Source of the DNA: Pseudomonadota bacterium
Lineage (GTDB): Bacteria > Bdellovibrionota > FAC87 > UBA2466
Length of the DNA stretch: 32,453 nt
Assembly: GCA_043767805.1 (NCBI GenBank)
Contig: JAYUGC010000084.1
Span: forward strand, 1-32,453
Direction: 5' to 3'
Shown: positions 11,862 through 20,965 of the stretch, piece after piece
How positions within the stretch are numbered: position 1 is the first letter of the stretch
Layout: each line of letters begins with the position of its first letter
Translations under genes and position numbers: made by a program
Notes under the pieces: generated by a model
What the model saw: the letters and a program-made list of their open reading frames with translations, nothing else
Database searches by the model: none
What the model was told of the DNA's origin: nothing

Positions 11862-12812
11862 GTGGTGACGGATAAGACTAAAGCTAAATCTCCCAAGCGG
11901 CCTGGCTTCACGAAGCGAGCCGTGGTCCCTCGAAAAACGGGGGGAAGCTCCGTCACGGCGACCGACCCGCTGCTGCAGACTTATTTACGGGAAATTCATA
12001 AGTACCCACTCCTGACGCGGGAAGAGGAGAAAGACCTCGCCCACACATATTACGAAAACCAGGACCGAGACTCGCTCCAGAAACTGGTGACGAGCAATCT
12101 GCGGTTCGTAGTGAAAATCGCCTACGAGTACGTCCACTACCGCATGAAGCTCCTGGACCTCATCCAGGAAGGCAACATGGGTCTCGTCAAGGCCATCAAG
12201 GAGTTCAATCCTTATAAGGAAGTGCGCATCACCACCTACGCGGTGTGGTGGATCCGCAGTTACATTCAAGACGCCATTCTAAAGAACCATTCCTTGGTGA
12301 AAATCGGGACGACCCAGGCGCAGAAGCGGCTTTTCTATCGCCTAAAGGCTGAGCAAGCGAAGCTCGAGCAGATGGGAGTCGCACCCGAGGATCGGCCGAA
12401 GCTTCTCGCCTCGAACCTGGACGTGAAAGAGAAGGAAATTTCCGAGATGCAGCAACGCATGTCGGGAGCGGATCTTTCTTTGAACGCGCCCCTGGACGAC
12501 GAAGAAAAACGCCAGCACATGGACCGGTTGACCGATCACTCCGCGCCCATGGATGAAACCTTGGGTGACAAGGAGCAGATGGATCGTTTCAAGACGATCT
12601 TGAAAGAGTTCGCCGCGACTTTGGAAGGACGCGAGAAACTCATCTTCGAGCAGCGGCTCATCTCGGAGACACCGGTGACGCTCCAGGAAATCGGCGACAA
12701 ATACAAAGTCTCCAAAGAGCGGGCTCGCCAGATCGAGGAACAGATCAAGGCGCGCCTCAAAGACTTCGTTAAAGCCCGCTATCCCGACTACGACCTCCTG
12801 ACTCCCGCCTAG
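11862..12812 (+). CDS. rpoH: RNA polymerase sigma-32 factor (RpoH-like)
   Basis: Region 2 LVTSNLRFVVKIA / DLIQEGNMGLVKA / TYAVWWIRSYI, RpoH-box-like IGTTQAQKRLFYRLK, region 4 TLQEIG...VSKERARQIE. Start likely GTG 11862 or 11865; the ORF-track start overlaps dedA. Confidence 0.88.
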   Translation: MVTDKTKAKSPKRPGFTKRAVVPRKTGGSSVTATDPLLQTYLREIHKYPLLTREEEKDLAHTYYENQDRDSLQKLVTSNLRFVVKIAYEYVHYRMKLLDLIQEGNMGLVKAIKEFNPYKEVRITTYAVWWIRSYIQDAILKNHSLVKIGTTQAQKRLFYRLKAEQAKLEQMGVAPEDRPKLLASNLDVKEKEISEMQQRMSGADLSLNAPLDDEEKRQHMDRLTDHSAPMDETLGDKEQMDRFKTILKEFAATLEGREKLIFEQRLISETPVTLQEIGDKYKVSKERARQIEEQIKARLKDFVKARYPDYDLLTPA

Positions 12813-12813
12813 T

Positions 12814-12840
12814 ATCTTAAAAGGTAGTACCTTTTAAGAT
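12814..12840. repeat. AT-rich perfect inverted repeat ATCTTAAAAGGTA-G-TACCTTTTAAGAT
   Basis: 13-bp perfect arms around one base, immediately after the rpoH stop. Could be a terminator, operator or REP-like element. Confidence 0.6.
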
Positions 12841-12859
12841 TTGTGGCACTCTAGAGGGC

Positions 12860-13558
12860 ATGAAACTTCAGCTTTGGATCGCGCTGTCTTTGATTAGCTC
12901 TTTTGCGATGGCGGCTTCTTACGAGTCCAAGCTCTTCGAGATGGGCAGTAAGTTCACCAAGCCCATTTTCCTGGGCAAGCGAGAAGAGCCGAAGGCGGGC
13001 TACGCGAGTCTCAAGTTCCTCGCCCTCAATGGTACCGAGCTGGTGCGGGAAGAGCTCATCGCCGAGGGCCCTCACGTGCAAGCTTACGATCTGGACCATA
13101 AGCAGATCGGGGAAAAGGGCAGCCTCATCGTCCGAGGCGACAAGGTATTCTTCACTTACGTGAGAGACGGTAAGACAGAGACCGCGACGGAAGACGCCGT
13201 CGAAAACCTCATCGTCGGCCCGACGACCGTTCCTTATTTGCACGCGCACTGGGCCGAGCTCATGAAGGGCGATACCGTGTCGGTCCGCTACGCGGCCCTC
13301 GATCGCAAGGAAACGGTCGGCTTTAAGTTCTTCAAGACGGAAGAAAAAATCGAAGCGGGAGACGAAGTCGTCGTCATCAAGATGAAGCCCACGAGCTTCA
13401 TCATCGCAGCCATCGTCGATCCGCTCTACTTCACCTTCCGCAAGAAGGACTCCGTCCTGCTCACTCTGGTCGGCCGCACCCTGCCCAAGACCAAAGTGGG
13501 TGATAAGTGGAAAGACGTCGACGCCGAAATTAAGTTCACTTACCCGAGCCAGGAATAA
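12860..13558 (+). CDS. Hypothetical exported protein (232 aa, probably beta-rich)
   Basis: Signal peptide MKLQLWIALSLISSFAMA. No family recognised. Confidence 0.8.
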   Translation: MKLQLWIALSLISSFAMAASYESKLFEMGSKFTKPIFLGKREEPKAGYASLKFLALNGTELVREELIAEGPHVQAYDLDHKQIGEKGSLIVRGDKVFFTYVRDGKTETATEDAVENLIVGPTTVPYLHAHWAELMKGDTVSVRYAALDRKETVGFKFFKTEEKIEAGDEVVVIKMKPTSFIIAAIVDPLYFTFRKKDSVLLTLVGRTLPKTKVGDKWKDVDAEIKFTYPSQE

Positions 13559-15165
13559 CGATAATCCGTCGGGGGATTAAACGTCTCCGAGACGGTACGC
13601 ACCGACGTCCAGCGCACGAGATTCAAGAGACTTCCGGCCTTGTCGTTGGTGCCCGAAGCACGCGCACCGCCGAACGGCTGCTGTCCGACCACCGCGCCCG
13701 TGGGCTTGTTGTTCAGATAGAAGTTGCCCGCGGAGTTGGTCAGCGCCTGAGTCATCTTGACGAGGTAACGGCGATCCTGAGCCCAGATAGCGCCCGTGAG
13801 CGCGTAAGGCGACGTCTCGTCGCAAATCTTTAACGTCTCCTCGAACTGACTGTCGTCGTAAGGGTGAATGGTGATCACCGGTCCGAAAATTTCCTCGCAC
13901 ATGGTGCGGTACTTCGGATCTTTGGCTTCGAGGACGGTCGGCTGAACGAAATAACCCGTCTGGTCGTCGCACTCACCGCCCGCGAGCAAGGTCACCTGCG
14001 CGCTCTTTTTCGCCTCGTCGATGTAGCCCTTGATGCGAGCAAAGGCGCGCTTATCTATGACCGCCCCCATGAAGTTCGAAAAATCGGTGACATCGCCCAT
14101 CTTCAAGGTCTTTAAGTCCGCGAGCACGCGTTCTTTGACCTTAGGCCAAAGGCTCTTCGGAATGTAAGCGCGAGAAGCGGCCGAGCACTTCTGCCCTTGG
14201 TACTCGAAAGCCCCGCGCACGATGGCCGCAGACAACGCGGCGACATCCGCCGAAGCGTGCGCGAAAATAAAATCCTTGCCGCCCGTTTCTCCGACGAGGC
14301 GCGGGTAGGTACGGTACCCCGCGATGTTCTCGCCGACCGTTTTCCACATGGACTGAAAGACGGCGGTCGAGCCGGTGAAATGAATGCCCGCGAGATTCTT
14401 ATCCCGAAGCACGGCCCCCGCGATTTCCTCGCCGCCGCCGGGAACGAACTGAATCACGCCCGGAGGAAGCCCCGCTTCATGCAATATTTTCAGAAACTGA
14501 TAGTTGGAGTAGACGGCGGTGGTCGCCGGTTTCCACACGACGACATTGCCCATCATCGCGGCTACCGTCGGCAGATTGCCGCCGATGGCCGTGAAGTTGA
14601 ACGGGCTAAGCGCGTAAACGAAACCTTCCAGCGGGCGGTATTGCAGGCGATTCCACATTCCGGGACCGGAAATGGGCTGCATCCCCATCAGCTGTTCGTA
14701 GAAATGCACGTTGAAGCGCAAGAAATCGATGAGCTCGCACGCCGAGTCAATCTCCGCCTGATGACAGGTCTTGCTCTGGCCGAGCATGGTGGCGCCGTTC
14801 AAGGCCCAGCGGTACTTGTTGGCGAGGAGATCCGCCGCTTTGACAAAAATCGCGCATCTATCGGCCGCGGGCATCTCGGCCCAGTCCTTTTGCGCTTTGA
14901 GCGCGCCGTCGATGGCCGCTTTCACTTCCTTCGCGCCGCCCAAGTGGACGGTGGCGAGCTTCGCCCGGTGATTATGGGGCTGGCGGACGTCGTCCGTCTT
15001 GCCGGTGCGGACTTCCTTACCGTCGATGACGACGGGAATTTCCATCTCGGTGGACGCCATGGATTTCAGCTGAGCCTTTAGCGCTTTGGTCTCGGCGGAA
15101 TCTGGGCGGTACTCGAGCGTCGTCTCGTTTATGGGAAGGGGCAAGTTGCGGTTCCAGCTGTCCAT
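13540..15165 (-). CDS. pruA: L-glutamate gamma-semialdehyde (P5C) dehydrogenase, monofunctional
   Basis: TMLGQSKT, AEIDSACELIDF, SPFNFTAIGGNL, FTGST, GETGGK, catalytic YQGQKCSA, EEIFGP, NNKPTGAVVGQQPFGG. Start revised to ATG 15165 with GGAGG upstream. Confidence 0.93.
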   Translation of the reverse strand: MDSWNRNLPLPINETTLEYRPDSAETKALKAQLKSMASTEMEIPVVIDGKEVRTGKTDDVRQPHNHRAKLATVHLGGAKEVKAAIDGALKAQKDWAEMPAADRCAIFVKAADLLANKYRWALNGATMLGQSKTCHQAEIDSACELIDFLRFNVHFYEQLMGMQPISGPGMWNRLQYRPLEGFVYALSPFNFTAIGGNLPTVAAMMGNVVVWKPATTAVYSNYQFLKILHEAGLPPGVIQFVPGGGEEIAGAVLRDKNLAGIHFTGSTAVFQSMWKTVGENIAGYRTYPRLVGETGGKDFIFAHASADVAALSAAIVRGAFEYQGQKCSAASRAYIPKSLWPKVKERVLADLKTLKMGDVTDFSNFMGAVIDKRAFARIKGYIDEAKKSAQVTLLAGGECDDQTGYFVQPTVLEAKDPKYRTMCEEIFGPVITIHPYDDSQFEETLKICDETSPYALTGAIWAQDRRYLVKMTQALTNSAGNFYLNNKPTGAVVGQQPFGGARASGTNDKAGSLLNLVRWTSVRTVSETFNPPTDYRYSWLG

Positions 15166-15242
15166 TGGAGGGCCTCCGAAACGGGGTCGTATCACATGAG
15201 GCTTCGAGGGGACAAGTGCGGGCGGGGAATGGCAATAACCTG

Positions 15243-15283
15243 AAGCCCGCCTCCCCCTAAGAGCCCAGAGGAAGCGGGCAAAA
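15243..15283 (-). terminator. GC-rich stem-loop downstream of the small basic protein
   Basis: Minus strand GCCCGCTTCCTCT...GGGGGAGGCGGGC pairs using G-U. The U-tract is weak, so terminator function is uncertain. Confidence 0.4.
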
Positions 15284-15287
15284 CCGG

Positions 15288-15557
15288 TTACTTCTTTTTC
15301 CGAGCGGCCTTTTTCTTCGCGCTCTTTTTGCGGCCCTTGCGCGACATCTTCACGCTGGACACATCGCCCAGCTTATCGATGAAGTACAAAAACCCCGACT
15401 GGCGCTTGATACCCGCTTTGGAGACGACCTGGGGCTTCGCTTTGGAAGCCTTGCGTCCGCGTCCCATTTTCGCGCGGGAAACGTTGCCCTTCTTATCGAG
15501 ATAATAGAGCCAGCCTTCTTCCTTCTTAATGCCGAGCTTCGCTACTTTGTTTGCCAT
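15288..15557 (-). CDS. Small highly basic protein with a 40-aa-period internal duplication; putative nucleic-acid-binding protein
   Basis: 89 aa, 30 K/R versus 5 D/E. Strong SD GGAGGA (15566-15571) and a TATACT -10-like box (15590-15595). Confidence 0.85.
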   Translation of the reverse strand: MANKVAKLGIKKEEGWLYYLDKKGNVSRAKMGRGRKASKAKPQVVSKAGIKRQSGFLYFIDKLGDVSSVKMSRKGRKKSAKKKAARKKK

Positions 15558-15638
15558 GTACGGTATCCTCCGGAATTGCGACTTGTAAAAGTATAGCCGA
15601 ACTCCCCCGACGACAGAATGAAAAATGCATGGGAAGAT

Positions 15639-17003
15639 TTAGACGGTTTTGGAGTAGGTGACCTTCTGAGGGCCCTTCAAGTAGGCATCAAAGATCATCG
15701 CGAGGTTACGGATGAAGAGACGGCCCTTCTCGGAAACCACGAGATTCGCCGAGGAGACGACTAAAAGCCCGTCGGCGACGAACGCGCCGAGGCGTCCCAG
15801 CTCGTCGGCAAACGTCTGCGGGAACGACTCACCGAATCGCGCCTGATATTCGGCATAATCGAGCCTAAACCGGCACATGAGCGTCTGGATGATCCATTTG
15901 CGTCGCTCGTCGTCAGAACTCAGGCGATGGCCGCGAAAGGCGGAAAGCCCCGTGCCCCGCACCCGCTCTTCGTACTCTTTGGCGCCGCGCAGGTTCTGAA
16001 AATAAGAGTTTCCTAACTCTCCGATGGCGGAGGCGCCGATACCGACGAGGTCCGTGCCTTTTCTGACTACGTATCCCATGAAATTGCGGTAGAGCGTTCC
16101 TTCGCCAAGCGCTTGGTAGAGAGAGTCCGTCTTATGGGAAAAATGGTCCATGCCGATGGCGCCGTAACCCGCGGCCGTCAGCTTTTCGTACGCCATGGCG
16201 AAGGTATCGATGCGCTCGGAGGCATCCGCGAAAGGCTTGTCCTCGAGAATGGCCTGGTGCTTCACCATATTGGGAAGACGGGCGTAGTTATAAAGCGCGA
16301 TTCTAGACGGCTGCATGGCCACCACGGCGTCGACGGTCTTCTCGAAGGTGCCGAGGGTCTGATAGGGCAAGCCGTAGATCAAATCGAAGTTCGTTTCCTT
16401 GAAGCCGAGGGAGCGGCACTTATCCAGCATGCGCAGGGTCATGTCGGCCGGCTGCACGCGGTTGACCGCTTTCTGCACTTTCTCGTCGAAATCCTGCACT
16501 CCCAAACTTACCCGCGTGAATCCCAAGGCGCGCAAAAGCTCCAGCTGGGCTTCGGAGGTGACTCTCGGATCGATTTCGATGCTCACGTCTGCGTCGGCGG
16601 CAATGTCGAAGAGCGCGGTGGTTCCCTCTTGGAGCTTTCGGATCTCGTCGAGAGTCAGAAAAGTCGGCGTGCCGCCGCCCCAGCTGATTTGCGTCAAGGT
16701 GCGTCGGCCACCAATGAGCTCGGCGACGGTACGAAGCTCGATGAGCAGAGACTCGACGTACGAGCTGCTGCGCGAATGATCGTGGGTAATCTGAATGTTG
16801 CAGCCGCAGTAGTAGCAAAGGGACTCGCAAAACGGGATGTGGGCGTAGAGCGCGAGGGTCTTGTTGTCGCCGAGAAAGCCGGATTTGAGATGGGCGCGGT
16901 ACGCGTCCGGGCCCATGTCGCCCGTCCACACGGGGGCAGTGGGATAGGACGTATAACGGGGACCCGCCTGGCTGTATTTTTCGACGAGCTCCTTTAGACC
17001 CAT
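15639..17003 (-). CDS. hemN: Oxygen-independent coproporphyrinogen III oxidase
   Basis: N-terminal GPRYTSYPTA, HIPFCESLCYYCGC radical-SAM motif, GGGTPT, IGMDHF, RNFMGY. Confidence 0.96.
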   Translation of the reverse strand: MGLKELVEKYSQAGPRYTSYPTAPVWTGDMGPDAYRAHLKSGFLGDNKTLALYAHIPFCESLCYYCGCNIQITHDHSRSSSYVESLLIELRTVAELIGGRRTLTQISWGGGTPTFLTLDEIRKLQEGTTALFDIAADADVSIEIDPRVTSEAQLELLRALGFTRVSLGVQDFDEKVQKAVNRVQPADMTLRMLDKCRSLGFKETNFDLIYGLPYQTLGTFEKTVDAVVAMQPSRIALYNYARLPNMVKHQAILEDKPFADASERIDTFAMAYEKLTAAGYGAIGMDHFSHKTDSLYQALGEGTLYRNFMGYVVRKGTDLVGIGASAIGELGNSYFQNLRGAKEYEERVRGTGLSAFRGHRLSSDDERRKWIIQTLMCRFRLDYAEYQARFGESFPQTFADELGRLGAFVADGLLVVSSANLVVSEKGRLFIRNLAMIFDAYLKGPQKVTYSKTV

Positions 17004-18025
17004 AAGGCGCGAGCCTCTTCCACGAAAGCCCTGGCGTTCTCCACCGGAGTTTCCGGGAAGACCCCATGGCCCAAGTTAATGATAGCCGGTTTCACCAAAC
17101 GTTTGGCTTCCTCGACGATACGACGAGTCTGAGTGCGCACCACGCTCTCGCTGGCGAGCAGACACGTCGGATCGAGGTTGCCTTGGAGATGGAACTTACC
17201 GCCGGTGCGGCGATCCACCTCGGTCAGCGTCAGTAGGTTATCGACGCTGAGAGCATCCGCTTCGAGCTTCGAGAACTCGTCGAGCAGATGATGGGAGTGC
17301 TTGGCGAAATAAATCACCGGAATGCCGTCTTTTTTCAAAGCGAGGAAAATGGAGTTCAGCATCGGGATGTAATGCTCAATGAAAAAGCTCTTCGGCATCT
17401 CGGACAACCACGTATCGAAGAGCTGAACGACGTGCACGCCCGACTTGTGCTGGAACTTGAGGTACTGCACGGTCGCCGCCGCTAAATGTTCGAGTGCCGT
17501 GCGAAGATCTTTCGGGTCGCGGTACATCCACGACTTGATCGCCGCGAATTGGCGCTTTTTCAAATGCCCTTCAGTAAGATAACAACCGACGGTCCAAGGC
17601 GCGCCGGCAAACCCCAAGAGACTCGTCTCCTGCGGGATTTGTTTCGCGATGAGCTCGAGCCCCTTACCGACGAAAGCGGTGTGCTCGGTAGCACTGAACT
17701 CTTTGAAGCGGCTGAAATCAGCGACACTGCGGAAAGGCTTCTGCACCACGGGGCCGATGGCTTCCTTCATCTCAATCTCGATGCCCATGCCGTAGGGAAG
17801 CGTGAGAATGTCGGAGAAAAAGATGACGCCGTCGACGGGCAACTCTTTTAAAGGGAGGAGGCTCACCTCGGCGACCAGCTCGGGAGTCGTCACCATTTCC
17901 CAAAACGTGTGCTGCTTGCGGATGGCCTGATAGCTCGGCAAGTACCGGCCCGCCTGCCGCATGAACCACACCGGGAACCGGCCCAGCTTCTCCCCCGCCA
18001 AATGTCTCAAGATAAACGGTTTCAT
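16994..18025 (-). CDS. hemE: Uroporphyrinogen decarboxylase
   Basis: PVWFMRQAGRYLPSY, FFSDILT, GFAGAPWT, QLFDTW, QGNLDP, NLGHGV. Confidence 0.96.
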   Translation of the reverse strand: MKPFILRHLAGEKLGRFPVWFMRQAGRYLPSYQAIRKQHTFWEMVTTPELVAEVSLLPLKELPVDGVIFFSDILTLPYGMGIEIEMKEAIGPVVQKPFRSVADFSRFKEFSATEHTAFVGKGLELIAKQIPQETSLLGFAGAPWTVGCYLTEGHLKKRQFAAIKSWMYRDPKDLRTALEHLAAATVQYLKFQHKSGVHVVQLFDTWLSEMPKSFFIEHYIPMLNSIFLALKKDGIPVIYFAKHSHHLLDEFSKLEADALSVDNLLTLTEVDRRTGGKFHLQGNLDPTCLLASESVVRTQTRRIVEEAKRLVKPAIINLGHGVFPETPVENARAFVEEARALWV

Positions 18026-18735
18026 TTTGTAAACTTGTAGCCCATCCCTCGCACCGAATGAATATGCTTCGGCGTGCTGGGCGTCTCCTCAAAGTACTTA
18101 CGCAACCGGACGATGAAGTTATCCACCGTACGGCTCGAGGGAAATACATCGTAACCCCAAACCTTGTCCAAAATCTCGGAGCGTTCCACCACTTGGCCCT
18201 CCCGCTGGATGAGTAGCTTCATCAACATGGTTTCCTTCTGGGTCAAAGCGAACCGATCCTTGCCGCGGCGGCCCTCCAGCCCCACGAAATCGATGCTGCA
18301 GTTGCCCCAGGAAAATACCGACCCCTGCGACGGCAGTTCCGCGTACCAGGATTTGCGTTTCAGCATGCCGCGAATGCGCAGAAGCAGCTCTTCCATCTCA
18401 AAGGGTTTAGTGAGGTAGTCGTCGGCTCCCGCTTTCAGCCCTTCGATGCGATCCAAGGGCTCGGAGAGCGCGGAAAGAATGAGCACCGGGAGAGTCGGCG
18501 AGACTACTCTCAGTGAGGCACAAAGGGCGAGGCCCGCGCGATCGCCGTGAAACATGATATCGACGATAAAAAGGTCGAAATTAGGCCAGTCGGCGCGCGC
18601 CTTCTCGAACGAAGGCGGGCTATCGAACTCAGCCACGTCGAAGCCCTCGAGCCTGAGCCGCTCCCCCACGAGCTCCCGGATAGTGGGCTCGTCTTCGACG
18701 ATGGCTATTTTGCGTCGGGCTTCAGCGGCACTCAC
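18022..18735 (-). CDS. OmpR/PhoB-family response regulator
   Basis: Receiver IVEDE...FIVDIMF...LSA...GADDYLTKPF. Winged helix SRTVDNFIVRLRKYFE...SVRGMGYKF. Confidence 0.95.
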   Translation of the reverse strand: MSAAEARRKIAIVEDEPTIRELVGERLRLEGFDVAEFDSPPSFEKARADWPNFDLFIVDIMFHGDRAGLALCASLRVVSPTLPVLILSALSEPLDRIEGLKAGADDYLTKPFEMEELLLRIRGMLKRKSWYAELPSQGSVFSWGNCSIDFVGLEGRRGKDRFALTQKETMLMKLLIQREGQVVERSEILDKVWGYDVFPSSRTVDNFIVRLRKYFEETPSTPKHIHSVRGMGYKFTK

Positions 18736-19721
18736 GCGGCCACCTCCGGCAACTCGATGATGAACTCCGAACCCTCGGCGCGGCCTTTGGTTAAAGTCAG
18801 CGAGCCGTTATGTGCGTGCACTAAAGTGCGCGCGAGATAGAGCCCGAGCCCGGTTCCCGAAACTCCCGAGGTCCCGTGCCCGTGCTTACCGCGGTAAAAG
18901 CGCTCAAAGATTCGGGGCCGATCTTGCTCATCGATGCCGGGGCCGTTATCGCTTACGCGCACCACGACTCGCCCGTGCTCTCTCGCCACCGAGACACCGA
19001 GCCGTCGCTGGGGGCTATCGTTGTAAAAGACGGCGTTCTCGAGGAGACTCTGCACGACGTTGATTAAGGCAAAGAGATCGCCGCGGACGCAAGCTTCGTC
19101 GTCCATTTGGATCTGGCACTCGATCTGACGAGAGGTCAGAAGAGGCTCCATGCGGCGCAAAACCTGGCGAACCGCTTCGGCCACTGAGATCACTTCGAAC
19201 GAGAGGGCCTCCCGCTCCAGGCGATTCAAGCTCATGGCTTTGTCGAAAATGGAGGAAAGCCGCCGGACTTCTTCGAGAGCGAGCTTCAGCTCCCGGCTGG
19301 GGCCCTCGTCTTTTCCAATCTTGGTCGCGAGCGATTCGAGGCGAAGCTTCATCGCGGTGAGCGGCGTCTTCGACTCGTGGGTCACCACTTCGATGAAGTT
19401 ACGCTCGATTTCGCGCGCCTTGGCTTCGACGTGAAAAGCCCGATAGAGAAGATAAATGCCGAAACAGGAAAGGCCCGCGAAGGTGATGCCTTCCGACAGA
19501 AACATGAGACGCCGGCGAGCCGCCGAATGGGCGATCTTCTGCTCCTCGGAGACAAAATTCACGGCGCTGACTTTCGCTCTCAAATGAAGGGACTCGGTCT
19601 TGAGCCGCGCGATGACGTCGACGTCATCCAGGAAAACGAACATCCACCAGCCGACTTGGGCAATGAGCAGCACCGCTACCGCGACGAACAGGGTCATGGA
19701 TTTTTTGCGGGCTACTTCCAT
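18732..19721 (-). CDS. Sensor histidine kinase (2 TM, short extracytoplasmic loop, HisKA + HATPase)
   Basis: H-box THESKTPL, N-box LLENAVFY, DNGPGI, IFERFYR, GTGLGLYL. Two N-terminal hydrophobic helices. Confidence 0.94.
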   Translation of the reverse strand: MEVARKKSMTLFVAVAVLLIAQVGWWMFVFLDDVDVIARLKTESLHLRAKVSAVNFVSEEQKIAHSAARRRLMFLSEGITFAGLSCFGIYLLYRAFHVEAKAREIERNFIEVVTHESKTPLTAMKLRLESLATKIGKDEGPSRELKLALEEVRRLSSIFDKAMSLNRLEREALSFEVISVAEAVRQVLRRMEPLLTSRQIECQIQMDDEACVRGDLFALINVVQSLLENAVFYNDSPQRRLGVSVAREHGRVVVRVSDNGPGIDEQDRPRIFERFYRGKHGHGTSGVSGTGLGLYLARTLVHAHNGSLTLTKGRAEGSEFIIELPEVAA

Positions 19722-20965
19722 CGCTCCATCTTCTCGAGAACTTCGTTCAAGACGCCCGTGGTGTGGGCCGTACTGAGGAACCCGACTTCATAAGGGGAAG
19801 GTGCGAAATAAATTCCATCCAATGCCGCCCGGTGAAAAAGATCGGCATAGCGTTTCTTGGTTTTGTCGGTGATGTCCGGCGGAAAGGCGTCGTTGTCGCC
19901 GAAGTCGAACCAGAAGAGAGAGGCAATCCGGCGAATCTTGACCGGTCCCCATTTCGAAAGAATGTCTTTGAGACCTTCGGTGAAAGACGTCGTCGTGAAC
20001 TCGAGCTCCGCGTACGGAGGATCGGCGAAGATGGTTTTTAAGACCGCGCAGCCCGCCGCACAAGCCAGCGGATTCCCGGAGAGCGTGCCCGCCTGATAAA
20101 CGGGCCCGACGGGAGCCAGGTGCTCCATGATCTCTTTTTTGCCCGTAACCGCGGCGAGCGGAAGTCCGCCGCCCACGATTTTACCGAGCGTGATGAGATC
20201 GGGACGAAGATCGAAATAGCCAGCCGCGCCCGAGAGCCCGACCCGAAAGCCGGTGATGACCTCGTCGAAGAGAACGAGCGCGCCATGGGCATGCGCCATA
20301 TCGACGATCTTTTTCAAATGCTCGCGCGTGGGAACGAGCAAGCCGTTATTGGCCGGAATGGGCTCGAGCACCACGGCCGCGATCTCTTTGGGGTACTTGG
20401 CGAAAAGTTTTTCGAGGGTGGTGATGTCCGTGAAGCTCGCGTTCAGCGTATCGGCGACAATGCTCGGGGGGACACCTTTTGACGTCGACTCGCTCAGTGC
20501 AGCTATGCCGCTCCCCGCTTTGGCGAGAAGGCCGTCGCTGTGCCCGTGGTAACAGCCTTCGAACTGTACGATTTTGTGGCGGCCCGTAAACCCGCGCGCC
20601 AGACGGATCGCGGTCATGACGGCTTCGGTGCCGCTATTGACGAGACGAACGCGATCCATCGTCGGAAAACCTTTGAGGATGAGCTCACCCAGCTCGACTT
20701 CGAGCGGATGGCACGCGCCAAAGCTCGTCGCTTTCGCGGCTTGCTCCTGCACGGCCCGGACGACGTCGGGAGGGCTATGACCCAGGAGATGCGGACCGAA
20801 AGAAAGGCAGAAGTCGACGTAGCGCTTGCCGTCGACGTCGGTGAGATAGGCGCCCTTGCCGCTCTCGAAATAGATCGGGTCTCCGCCCACGTGTTTAAAC
20901 GATCGCACGGGAGAGTTCACGCCGCCCGGGATGATTTTCCGGGCTCTTTGCAGCCAGTCGCTCAT
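19712..20965 (-). CDS. hemL: Glutamate-1-semialdehyde 2,1-aminomutase
   Basis: IPGGVNSPVR, NSGTEA, FEGCYHGH, FDEVITGFR, PLP lysine LGKIVGGGLP, YQAGTLSGNP. Confidence 0.97.
   Translation of the reverse strand: MSDWLQRARKIIPGGVNSPVRSFKHVGGDPIYFESGKGAYLTDVDGKRYVDFCLSFGPHLLGHSPPDVVRAVQEQAAKATSFGACHPLEVELGELILKGFPTMDRVRLVNSGTEAVMTAIRLARGFTGRHKIVQFEGCYHGHSDGLLAKAGSGIAALSESTSKGVPPSIVADTLNASFTDITTLEKLFAKYPKEIAAVVLEPIPANNGLLVPTREHLKKIVDMAHAHGALVLFDEVITGFRVGLSGAAGYFDLRPDLITLGKIVGGGLPLAAVTGKKEIMEHLAPVGPVYQAGTLSGNPLACAAGCAVLKTIFADPPYAELEFTTTSFTEGLKDILSKWGPVKIRRIASLFWFDFGDNDAFPPDITDKTKKRYADLFHRAALDGIYFAPSPYEVGFLSTAHTTGVLNEVLEKMERWK

Noticed and set aside
15288..15557. Calling the basic protein a histone, HU or ribosomal protein
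   Set aside because: No histone-fold helix pattern, HU signature or ribosomal protein motif recognised; left unnamed.
14197..16997. Long antisense ORFs 14197-15081 and 16113-16997
   Set aside because: Mirror frames of pruA and hemN, expected from high-GC codon bias.
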